The notes under the pieces: generated by a model
What the model was told of the DNA's origin: nothing
Databases searched by the model: none
Seen by the model: only the letters and a program-made list of their open reading frames with translations
Shown here: positions 22,545-31,177 of the stretch, in pieces
How positions within the stretch are numbered: position 1 is the stretch's first letter
Layout of the letters: the number at the start of each line of letters is the position of its first letter
Assembly: GCA_963766715.1 (NCBI GenBank)
Contig: CAVYBH010000008.1
Location: 828,930-892,929 of the forward strand
Length of the DNA: 64,000 nt
Origin: an uncultured delta proteobacterium
GTDB lineage: Bacteria > Myxococcota > Myxococcia > Myxococcales > Anaeromyxobacteraceae
Direction: 5' to 3'
Program-made: the position numbers and the translations under genes

Positions 22545-23405
22545 ATGAACCGCGCCCATTGCCTGCTCGCCCTCGTCTTCGCGCTCTCTGCACCGTCGGC
22601 GGCCCACGCCTACTCGCACGCCAACCGGTACGGCGGGACGACCTCGCACAGCGAGGGCTCGACCACCGCGACCGGAGCTTATGGAAGCAGCGCCACCCAC
22701 ACCGCTGGCCAGGGGACGACGGCCTCGGGGGCCTACGGCGGGTCGGCGTCCCACGCCGAAGGATCGGGGCAGACCACGGCGACGAACGCCTACGGCGGCA
22801 GCGCCACCCACACCTACGGCGAGGGAACGACCGCGACCAGCGCATCCGGGGGCTCGGCCTACCACGCCGAAGGGAGCCCCTACTACCACACGACCACGAC
22901 CGCCTATCACGCGCCCTACCCCTACCCGCCCCCTCCACCGCCGCCGGCCTACTACCACCCGCCGACGACCGTCGCCTATTACCCCTCCACCGGCTGCTAC
23001 AACTGCGCCGCTGCCGGAGCCATGGCAGCCGGCGTGGTCGTGGGCGCGGCAGTAGCCACCTCGGCGGCCCAGGCCAACACTGCCGCGGCGACCGCCAATG
23101 CCTACAACGCCGGCGTGGTGGCAGGCTCGGCGAGCACGGCCGTCGCGACCTCCACGGCCTACTCCTCCGGCTACGCGGCCGGGGCGGCGACGGGTGCGCC
23201 CGCAGGGACCTTGCCGACCTACTCCCAGCCGGGCCCGGGCCAGGCGGCCTACGTGATGGGAGGATCCTACGCGACCCTGCCTCCGGGCTGCATCACGCCC
23301 ACGGTCGGCGGTGTCACGTACTACCAGTGCGGGTACACCTGGTTCAAGCCCAGCTACGGCGCCAACGGCGTCCACTACACCGTCGTTCCCGCCCAGCAGC
23401 CGTGA
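22545..23405 (+). CDS. secreted Gly/Thr/His repeat protein with C-terminal Cys domain (DUF6515-like)
   Basis: Signal peptide, five ~18-aa repeats, Pro-rich linker, LPPGC...YYQCG..WFKP.YG. Confidence 0.8.
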   Translation: MNRAHCLLALVFALSAPSAAHAYSHANRYGGTTSHSEGSTTATGAYGSSATHTAGQGTTASGAYGGSASHAEGSGQTTATNAYGGSATHTYGEGTTATSASGGSAYHAEGSPYYHTTTTAYHAPYPYPPPPPPPAYYHPPTTVAYYPSTGCYNCAAAGAMAAGVVVGAAVATSAAQANTAAATANAYNAGVVAGSASTAVATSTAYSSGYAAGAATGAPAGTLPTYSQPGPGQAAYVMGGSYATLPPGCITPTVGGVTYYQCGYTWFKPSYGANGVHYTVVPAQQP

Positions 23406-23448
23406 GGAGACCCCGGGCGGTCCTAGGCCGCCCGGGATCTCCGCGGCC

Positions 23449-24144
23449 TCACATCATCTTGCGGTAGCCGGTGTTGACGACGTCGACCTCGATGTTCAGC
23501 GACGGGACCTCCAGCTCGGTCCGGGCCGTGTAGGTCGCGCCGTCCATCAGCGTTCCCATCTGGGCGACCATGCTCACTGGCTTGGAGGGGTCTCCCAGGT
23601 AGGTGGTGACGCCCATCCCGAGGAGCTTGTTCGTCTGGATGTTCAGCGTGATGCTGAACACGTCGCCCGGGAGCTTGTAGTTCTTGAAGTTGAGCCGGAC
23701 CACCTGACCTGGCTGCAGCATGTCGACCGTGACGTTGCCCGTCTTGACGGCCTGGTCGAGGAGCGCGGGGTTGGGAGGGATGTAGCTCTTCACCAGGGCG
23801 GTCGCCTGCTTCATGGTGTCGGTCATCTCCTCCATCTTCGACTCCTGGATCGCGCCGCGCAGGCCGAACTTCTTCTTCGGCGGCGCCGACGACGCGATGG
23901 GGACCTTCTGGAGCGTGCCGTCGGCCCCGTAGTAGCAGCTCTCCTCCTTGTAGGACTTCTGCTCCCCCTTCACGAGCACCGTGGTGGTCTCCACCCACTG
24001 GTACGTGCGCAGGTCCTGCTGGCTCGCGATCATCGAGTTCTTCAGCGCGGCCACGTGCTCCTGGACCCCACCCGCCTGGGCCCACGCGGCCGAGGTGACG
24101 AGGTTCCCCACCAGTGCAGCCGCAACGATCCAGGTCTTCTTCAT
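23449..24144 (-). CDS. exported hypothetical protein, operonic with the sulfatase
   Basis: GGGAGG RBS, signal peptide MKKTWIVAAALVG...AWA. Confidence 0.8.
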   Translation of the reverse strand: MKKTWIVAAALVGNLVTSAAWAQAGGVQEHVAALKNSMIASQQDLRTYQWVETTTVLVKGEQKSYKEESCYYGADGTLQKVPIASSAPPKKKFGLRGAIQESKMEEMTDTMKQATALVKSYIPPNPALLDQAVKTGNVTVDMLQPGQVVRLNFKNYKLPGDVFSITLNIQTNKLLGMGVTTYLGDPSKPVSMVAQMGTLMDGATYTARTELEVPSLNIEVDVVNTGYRKMM

Positions 24145-24164
24145 GTTCGTCCTCCCTCTGGGGT

Positions 24165-26699
24165 TCATTCGCTCGCCTTGTTGTTGCGTCCCGCGGCCTG
24201 GAGCTTCTTCACGTCCTCGGGGGTGAGCTTCGGCCGGTCGATGGTGAGCGTGATCTTCCCGAGCTTCCCGGTGAAGGCGAACGGCACCTGGTAGTCGCGA
24301 TCGTCGACGGGCGTGCCGGTGTCGGAGCCGACGTCCAGGTTCTCGTCCCATTGGAGAATCAGCGGGATGGTGTGCTCCATCTTCTGCTCGGCGACGACCT
24401 TGCCGTCCACCTTGAGCACGCCGGTGCCGCTGCGCCCGATGCCGCTCAGGTTGTTGTAGGCGAGCGTGCCCATGCCGAGCCCGTCGTACTTGAAGTCGAA
24501 CTCGACGACGTGCTTGCCGGGGGACAGCGCCTCCGGCGCCTCCCACTTGATCCGCTTCAGGTCGACCAGGTTCCAGGTGAAGACCGGCTTCCCCTTGAGC
24601 AGGTAGAACCCGTAGCCGCCGAAGCGGCCGCCCTGGGTGATGAGCACGCCTTCCGCGCCCCCCTGCGGGACCTCGATCTCCGCCTTGAAGTCATAGGAAG
24701 CGTTCAGGACGCTGGGCGCGTCGCCGTTGGGCGTGCCGGTGAGGGGCCGGGTCCAGGTGAACGCGTTGCGCCCCGCCGTGATGCTGGGGCGCGGCGTGAC
24801 GAGGCGGGTCGCCACGGTCGCGTCGAGCGGCATGACGTTGTACTTCTTCGCCTCCTCCCAGAAGATCTTCTCGAGCTCCTTCACCTTCTTCGGGTACTTC
24901 GACGCGACGTCGTTCGACTGCGTCCAGTCGTTCCGGAGGTCGTAGAGCTCCCAGGGATACGCAGCCGGATCCTGGCTCACCGGCGCCAAGGTGACCCAGG
25001 GCGGCCGCATCACCTTCGTGCTGGCGATCCAGCCGTCGTGGTAGATGGCGTGGTCGCCCATCATCTCGAAGTACTGGGTCCTGTGGGTCGACGGGGCCTT
25101 CGCGTTCTTCGCATCGAACGTGTAGGCCATGCTCACGCCCTCGATCGGGCTCTGCTTGATCCCGTCGACGAACTCGGGCGCCCGGATGCGCGCCGCCTCG
25201 AGGATCGTCGGCACGACGTCGATGACGTGGTGGAACTGCTCGCGGATTCCGCCCTTGTCCTTGATGACGGCCGGCCACGAGATGGCCATGCCCTGCCGGA
25301 TGCCGCCGAAGTGCGACGCCACCTGCTTGGTCCAGGAGAACGGCGCGTCGAACGCCCAGGACCACGGGACCGCCATGTGGTTGTAGGTCTTGTCCGTGCC
25401 CCAGACGTCATAGAAGTACTTGAGCTGGGCCTCGACGGGGACCTCGACGCCGTTGAACATCGCGACCTCGTTCGGCGTGCCGACGAGCGTCCCCTCGGCC
25501 GACGAGCCGTTGTCCCCGCTGATGTAGATGATGATCGTGTTGTCGAGCCTGCCCAGGTCCTCGACCGCCTGGATGACCCGGCCGATCTCGTTGTCCGTGT
25601 ACATGAGGTAGGCGGCGTACACGTCCACCTGGCGGAGGAACATCTTCTTCTCGTCGGCGGACAGCGCGTCCCACCGCTTCAGGAGGTCGTCCGGCCAGGG
25701 GGTCATCTTCGCGTCCTGCGGGATGACGCCGAGCTTCTTCTGGTTCGCGAAGATCTGCTCGCGCAGCTCGTTCCAGCCCTTGTCGAAGAGGTGCATCCCG
25801 GTCGCCTTCTTGACCCACTCCGGCGTCGGGTGGTGCGGCGCGTGCGTCCCGCCGGGCACGTAGTAGACGAAGAAGGGCTGGTCGGGCGTGAGGGTGTCGA
25901 CCTGGTTCATGTAGTCGATGGCCTCGTCGGCCATGGCGGTCGTCAGGTTGAAGCCGGGGTTCCCCTGGAACGGGTAGATGTACGTCGTGTTGCGGGCCAG
26001 GTTGGCGGGCTGCCACTGGTTCGTGTCGCCGCCCATGAAGCCGTAGAAGTACTCGAAGCCCATTCCGATGGGCCACTGGTCGAAGGGCCCGATGGCGGAC
26101 GCCTGGAACGCCGGCGTGTTGTGGTTCTTCCCGAACCAGGAGGTCCGGTAGCCGTTGTCCTTCAGGATCTTGCCGATGGTTGCCTTGTCCTTCGTGATGA
26201 ACGAGTCGTAGCCGGGGTATCCCGTGGCCTGCTCGGAGATCACGCCGAAGCCCGCCGAGTGGTGGTTTCGCCCGGTGATGAGCGCCGCCCGCGTCGGCGA
26301 GCAGAGGGCCGTCGAGTGGAAGTTCGTGTACCGCAGGCCGTTCGCCGCGATCCGATCGAGGGCGGGCGTGGGGATCACGCCACCGAAGGTCGACGGCGCT
26401 CCGTAGCCCACGTCATCGGTCATGATGAGGAGCACGTTGGGAGCGCCCTTGGGCGGCACCACGCGCGACGGCCACCAGGGCGTCGACTGGGCGGCGTTGC
26501 GCTCGACCTTCCCTCCGAACTTCTGCGGAGGCGGCGGAAGCTGCTTGCCGTCGATGGTCGTGGTCGCCGCCGGCGAGCCAGGGACTCCCGAAGTCCCCTG
26601 GGCCCGGGGCGTGGGTCCCGGAACGAGGACGAGCGTCAAGGCGGCGAGAATGGAGGCCCGGCCGAAGTTCGCGGCCAGGCGTGGACGAAGAGCACTCAT
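24165..26699 (-). CDS. arylsulfatase (Cys-type, FGly-dependent)
   Basis: DDVGY, CSPTRAALITGR, GKNH, THAPHH, SGDNG. Confidence 0.95.
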   Translation of the reverse strand: MSALRPRLAANFGRASILAALTLVLVPGPTPRAQGTSGVPGSPAATTTIDGKQLPPPPQKFGGKVERNAAQSTPWWPSRVVPPKGAPNVLLIMTDDVGYGAPSTFGGVIPTPALDRIAANGLRYTNFHSTALCSPTRAALITGRNHHSAGFGVISEQATGYPGYDSFITKDKATIGKILKDNGYRTSWFGKNHNTPAFQASAIGPFDQWPIGMGFEYFYGFMGGDTNQWQPANLARNTTYIYPFQGNPGFNLTTAMADEAIDYMNQVDTLTPDQPFFVYYVPGGTHAPHHPTPEWVKKATGMHLFDKGWNELREQIFANQKKLGVIPQDAKMTPWPDDLLKRWDALSADEKKMFLRQVDVYAAYLMYTDNEIGRVIQAVEDLGRLDNTIIIYISGDNGSSAEGTLVGTPNEVAMFNGVEVPVEAQLKYFYDVWGTDKTYNHMAVPWSWAFDAPFSWTKQVASHFGGIRQGMAISWPAVIKDKGGIREQFHHVIDVVPTILEAARIRAPEFVDGIKQSPIEGVSMAYTFDAKNAKAPSTHRTQYFEMMGDHAIYHDGWIASTKVMRPPWVTLAPVSQDPAAYPWELYDLRNDWTQSNDVASKYPKKVKELEKIFWEEAKKYNVMPLDATVATRLVTPRPSITAGRNAFTWTRPLTGTPNGDAPSVLNASYDFKAEIEVPQGGAEGVLITQGGRFGGYGFYLLKGKPVFTWNLVDLKRIKWEAPEALSPGKHVVEFDFKYDGLGMGTLAYNNLSGIGRSGTGVLKVDGKVVAEQKMEHTIPLILQWDENLDVGSDTGTPVDDRDYQVPFAFTGKLGKITLTIDRPKLTPEDVKKLQAAGRNNKASE

Positions 26700-26722
26700 G
26701 AAGGGTTCCCCCGTTTCGAAGT

Positions 26723-26795
26723 TGAAGCCTCGGCTCCAACGAAGCAGCGCCATATGGAGGCGGCGCCGGGCCGATCAATGTGTTTTGTGCACCCC
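26723..26795 (-). promoter_or_regulatory. duplicated upstream element, copy 1 (sulfatase)
   Basis: Ungapped match to 27502..27574, ~60/73 by eye; core GGGGTGCACAAAACRCATTGATCGG...CTCCATATGGCG. Confidence 0.7.
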
Positions 26796-26856
26796 CGCGA
26801 CGAACGGCAAGCGATTGCTTGCGACCCTGCAGGGGCGGAGGCGCCGCGAGGCGGGG

Positions 26857-27486
26857 TCACAGGTAGACGCGCATGAAGAGCACGGCCTCGAGTCCCATGC
26901 CGAACTTGCTGCGAGAGACGGTGGCGGACTGGCCTCCGCCGGTGACCGTCGGGTCGAGGTACCACCGGAAGGCCATCTGGGCCTCGGCGCCGACGGAGAA
27001 GGCCCGGACGATTGCCCATTCGATTCCGAGGGTGGGGCTCACGTAGAGGTCGGCCTCGGTGGCGCTCACGCTGGTCCTGTCGAGAAGGGTCGCGCTGGTG
27101 CCGTTGAAGATCATCCCGATCCGGGCGCCGCCGTAGACGCCAAGCGGGCGGACGGGACGCATCACGTAGAAGCCACCCAGCCCCACCTGGACCGCGTAGC
27201 CACCGTTGGGCTCGACACCGCCGGTGACGATCGACGCAGCCGACGCGCCCTTGCCGATGTACCAGTAGCCGAAGTTGGGCTCGAGCCGGAAGCTCTCGCC
27301 CAGGTTGAAGGTGGCGTAGATGGAAACGGGCGGCGTGGCCGGGGTTCCGCCCGTGTAGGCGTTCCCGAGTCCCACCCCGACGCCCAGGCCGAATCCGGGG
27401 ACCGATTCCTCCTTCTTCTCCTCGGCGCGTGCCGACGAGACGCCGAGAAGTGCGACGACCGCCACGGCGATGGTCTTGCGATTCAT
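26857..27486 (-). CDS. outer-membrane beta-barrel protein
   Basis: Signal peptide, alternating amphipathic strands, C-terminal FMRVYL. Confidence 0.8.
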   Translation of the reverse strand: MNRKTIAVAVVALLGVSSARAEEKKEESVPGFGLGVGVGLGNAYTGGTPATPPVSIYATFNLGESFRLEPNFGYWYIGKGASAASIVTGGVEPNGGYAVQVGLGGFYVMRPVRPLGVYGGARIGMIFNGTSATLLDRTSVSATEADLYVSPTLGIEWAIVRAFSVGAEAQMAFRWYLDPTVTGGGQSATVSRSKFGMGLEAVLFMRVYL

Positions 27487-27501
27487 GGATCCCCCCTCGG
27501 G

Positions 27502-27574
27502 TGAAGCCCCGGCTCCGGCGATGCGTCGCCATATGGAGAGGGGATCGCGCCGATCAATGCGTTTTGTGCACCCC
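27502..27574 (-). promoter_or_regulatory. duplicated upstream element, copy 2 (OMP)
   Basis: Same motif at a similar distance from the start codon; lies in the divergent intergenic region with the AraC gene. Confidence 0.7.
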
Positions 27575-27654
27575 TGACGGCGAACGACCGCTTACTGCCC
27601 CGAAGGGTCGAGGATCGGCATGAACCTCGCGCGTATGGCCGTTAGCCAGGGGCG

Positions 27655-28728
27655 ATGGCCCCTCGCGTAGCCACGCCCCCTTCCCCGTCCAGAGCCATGC
27701 CTGCAGGCGTGTGGGGCAGGGTCGAGCTCGACGACTTCGATGCGGTCGCCTCCGTCAACACGGTCTTCACCGACCGGTACACCCAGATCGGGAGGGGACG
27801 GGCGGTGGTTCGCGCGGCACTGGCCACGACCGCGCGGATGCAGATCGTGTCCGTGGCTCGTTCACCCGGAGTCCGTATCCAGGGAGCCTCGACGGCTGCG
27901 ACGAGCCTCCTCGCCATCCCGATCGAGGGCTCCGCCCTGCACCTCCAGGGCGTGCCGTGGGCCCCCGGAACCCTCGGGTACGCTCCTCCCGCCCTCGAGT
28001 ACGAGATCCTGAGCGCCGCACCCCACCGGATGCTCGCCGTCGCGGTGGACCCCGAACGCCTCGATGCCGTGGCCCTCGAGCGCTGGGGCGCCCCCATGCC
28101 GAAGACCTGCTCCGGCCCCTGCTTCCGCACGAAGGATCCCGCGGCCGTCAGGCGGGTCGCCCGGACGTGGACGCGCTGGCTCGTGGCCGGGATGCGCCAT
28201 CCGTGGATGCTCCAGGATCCGGCGGCAGCCGAGCGGATGGAGGAGGAGGTGCTCGGCGCCTACCTGGATGCGGTGGTCCCCGAGCCCTGGCAGCGCGCCG
28301 TGACCCCGCGGCCGGAACTCGCCCGCCGGGCCGAGGCGTACATCCGAAGGTCACTCCGGGACCCCACCCGGATCGACGACATCTGCTCGGCGGTCACCGC
28401 CTCGACGCGTGCCCTGCACAACGCCTTCAAGCAGGTCTACGGGATCCCGCCGAAGTCCTACCAGAAGGCCCTCCGGCTCGCGGAGGTCCGGCGCGAGCTG
28501 CGGGAGGGGCGCAAGGAAACGTCGGTGTCCACGACGGCCGTGAAGTGGGGCTTCTACCAGCTCGGGTACTTCGCCATGGACTACCGCCGCATGTTCGGCG
28601 AGCGGCCGAGCGAGACGCTCCAGGCAGGGCGCGGGGGGCGGAGACCCGTCGAGGTCCCCGCCTCTCTCGCCTTCACGCCGCGTACGGATGGAGCCGGAGG
28701 CCAGGCGCCCAGCGGCGGTGATCGCTAG
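27655..28728 (+). CDS. AraC-family transcriptional regulator (EutR-like C-terminus)
   Basis: STRALHNAFKQVYGIPP...RL..VR..L...AVKWGFYQLGYFAMDYRRMFGERPSETL. Confidence 0.92.
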   Translation: MAPRVATPPSPSRAMPAGVWGRVELDDFDAVASVNTVFTDRYTQIGRGRAVVRAALATTARMQIVSVARSPGVRIQGASTAATSLLAIPIEGSALHLQGVPWAPGTLGYAPPALEYEILSAAPHRMLAVAVDPERLDAVALERWGAPMPKTCSGPCFRTKDPAAVRRVARTWTRWLVAGMRHPWMLQDPAAAERMEEEVLGAYLDAVVPEPWQRAVTPRPELARRAEAYIRRSLRDPTRIDDICSAVTASTRALHNAFKQVYGIPPKSYQKALRLAEVRRELREGRKETSVSTTAVKWGFYQLGYFAMDYRRMFGERPSETLQAGRGGRRPVEVPASLAFTPRTDGAGGQAPSGGDR

Positions 28729-29408
28729 TTGGACGTACCGGGCTCGCCGTGCGCCTCGCGAGCCACCGGCGCCGCACCGGGCCGGAGGCCGAATCGCTCG
28801 GGGAACTGCTTGACGATCCCGGCCGAGAGCACGTCCGCCACCATGAGCATGTGCTCGTGCCCCTTGTCGTACGCGGCGATCGCGGCGGCGGTGTCCCCGT
28901 GGAGCTTCGCGACGACTGCTGCGGTGGTCATGGCGAGGTGGCCGCGAAGCGCGTCCTTCAGCGCCTGGAGAGGCCAGTTGGGGTTCGCGGAGGAGAGGAA
29001 CGCGGCGATCTCGTCCGCGTTCGCGTCCCAGCGCCGGGTCGCCTGCTCCTGGGCCGCCGCATTCCCGCCCTTGGCGGCCTTCACCAGGTCGGCGGCGACG
29101 AGGATGTGGTCCCGGAGCAACGCCGCGAGCTCGTTGCCGGCGGCCTCGCCGTAGAACGGCTTCACCGCGTTCCCGATGTCGTCCTGGTTCCGGAGGAGCC
29201 GGGCGGCGACCTGGCCTGCGTCGTCCCCACCGTGGATGACGGCCGTGTAGAAGAAGGCCGTGTAGGTGACGTGGTCCTCCCAGAGCTTTCGCATGGCGTC
29301 GTGGAACTGCTCCCGGGAGGCGACGGCCTTCGCGCTCCCTTCGTGAGCCAAGGCGGGCGCTGCGAGGGTCAGGGCCAGGACTGCCATTCCCAAGGAAAGT
29401 CGCTTCAT
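28725..29408 (-). CDS. secreted conserved His-containing helical protein, function unknown
   Basis: Signal peptide; MRKLWEDHV...RLLRNQDDIG...YG...LRDHI...W..NADEIA.FL..ANP.W...QFPERF. Confidence 0.8.
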   Translation of the reverse strand: MKRLSLGMAVLALTLAAPALAHEGSAKAVASREQFHDAMRKLWEDHVTYTAFFYTAVIHGGDDAGQVAARLLRNQDDIGNAVKPFYGEAAGNELAALLRDHILVAADLVKAAKGGNAAAQEQATRRWDANADEIAAFLSSANPNWPLQALKDALRGHLAMTTAAVVAKLHGDTAAAIAAYDKGHEHMLMVADVLSAGIVKQFPERFGLRPGAAPVAREAHGEPGTSN

Positions 29409-29620
29409 GGTGTTCTCCCATCGGGCCAGCCTGCCGGGCCCGTCCGGCATCGAGCCCACCAGGACTCGTGCGGATTGGATGAAGCCCAGGGGGCGGTGGT
29501 TACGGCTCGGCCGGGAGCGCCAAGTAAGCGCTTGGTCTCCGAGCCCCAATTGAGTCGCAGCGGGGAAGCCGCGCGCCACACATCGTCTGGCCGACGCCAG
29601 CACCCACTGGCGGAGAGACC

Positions 29621-31174
29621 ATGACGAACGAGATCCGAGTCGCGTCCGCGGCGGTGTTAGCCCTGCTCGCGGCCGCCTGTGGCGGCACGGCCAATCCCGG
29701 CACCACCCCGGAACTCTCGGTGAGCCCGAGCACACGGACGGTCACGGCCGGCTCGCCGGCCTCGACCTTCACGGCCGCGCTGACGAACGGCAGCGCCACG
29801 ATCAGCTGGTCGCTGGCGCCGGCGCAGGGCACGCTCTCCGCGGCGACGGGCCCCTCGACGGACTACACGCCGCCCCTGTCGATTGGAAGCACCACGTCGG
29901 TCACGCTGACGGCCACCGCCGGGGCGCTCACGGCCACCGCGACCATCATCGTGAACCCCGCGGGCAGCGGCACCGTCACGGTGAACGGGAAGGTGCTCCT
30001 CGGACGGACGCCGCTCGCGGGTGCACCGGTGCGCATCGACCCCGGCGCGCACACCACCACCGCGGCGGCGGACGGTACCTTCACCCTCTCCGGCGTCACG
30101 ACCCCGTACGCGCTATCGGCCATCCACGCTGCGGGAAAGGTCGCGGTCGTCTACGCCGGCCTCACGCGAGCGGATCCGACCGCGGTCATCCCGTCGGGCG
30201 GGACGGTGACGTTCACGAACCACGGCAAGGTGTCGGGAACGGTCGAGGCCAGCACCGGATGCCGATCGGGCACGGCTGCCTGCGAGAACAACCTCGGCTT
30301 CGGCTCGCCGGTCGCGAGCGGCGTCGCCTCCGACGGCGTCCTGACCCCCGGCCAGTACTCGATCAACCTCGGGTGGGACGGCGCGACCTCGGTCCCGGGC
30401 ACCCTGCACCTGCTCCAGGCGAGCACGAACCCAATCGGCGCGACGACGTCCTACTGGTACGGCTCGAAGACCGGGGTGACCGTCACGAACGGCGGCGACA
30501 CGGTCGAGAGCTGGGATCCATCCTCGGTGGCGCCACTCCCGGCCGCGACCCTGAGCGGAACGGGGACGGTGGCCTCCGGCTACACCATCCAGGATGCGAC
30601 CCTGTTGCTCGCCCTGCCGAACGTGACCCTCCATGCGACCACCTGCAGCTCCTCCCTGCCGCCGGTGGAGCCCCCGTGCGCTCCGGGAGCGTTCCGGGCG
30701 TGGGTGCCCGACGTCGCCGGCGCCACCCTGACCAGCGCCGTCGTCGCCCTCGGGCCGCACGGGGAGAGCGTGGTCACAGTACGGACGGGAGGGGTCGCCA
30801 ACGGCAGCGGCTTCGACTTCGCGATCCAGGCGGGCCCGAGCCTCCAGGCGCCCGCCAACGGCGCAACGGGGGTGAGCACCGCCACCCCGTTCTCCTGGAC
30901 GGCCTTCTCCGGGGGCATCCACGTCGTCGCGTTCGAACCCACCACGGCGACCGACCCCGTGTTCTACGTCTACACGTCCGGGACGAGCGCTACCGTTCCG
31001 GACCTGGGCGGCTTGTCGGCCGCCGGCGCGCTGCCGGCCGGTGCAGCCTACACTTGGGGAGTCACCGCCTACGCGCCAGCGACCGTCGACGCGTGGGCGA
31101 GCCCGAGCGGACCCCCGCTCGGGAATCCGAGCACCTCCGGGTTCTCCCAGGCGTTCGGCTTCACCACGCGGTAG
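29621..31174 (+). CDS. surface lipoprotein with Ig-like/carboxypeptidase-regulatory-like domains
   Basis: LLAAC lipobox, Thr-rich beta domains, DGTFTLSGV, PANGATGV. Confidence 0.8.
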   Translation: MTNEIRVASAAVLALLAAACGGTANPGTTPELSVSPSTRTVTAGSPASTFTAALTNGSATISWSLAPAQGTLSAATGPSTDYTPPLSIGSTTSVTLTATAGALTATATIIVNPAGSGTVTVNGKVLLGRTPLAGAPVRIDPGAHTTTAAADGTFTLSGVTTPYALSAIHAAGKVAVVYAGLTRADPTAVIPSGGTVTFTNHGKVSGTVEASTGCRSGTAACENNLGFGSPVASGVASDGVLTPGQYSINLGWDGATSVPGTLHLLQASTNPIGATTSYWYGSKTGVTVTNGGDTVESWDPSSVAPLPAATLSGTGTVASGYTIQDATLLLALPNVTLHATTCSSSLPPVEPPCAPGAFRAWVPDVAGATLTSAVVALGPHGESVVTVRTGGVANGSGFDFAIQAGPSLQAPANGATGVSTATPFSWTAFSGGIHVVAFEPTTATDPVFYVYTSGTSATVPDLGGLSAAGALPAGAAYTWGVTAYAPATVDAWASPSGPPLGNPSTSGFSQAFGFTTR

Positions 31175-31177
31175 GGC

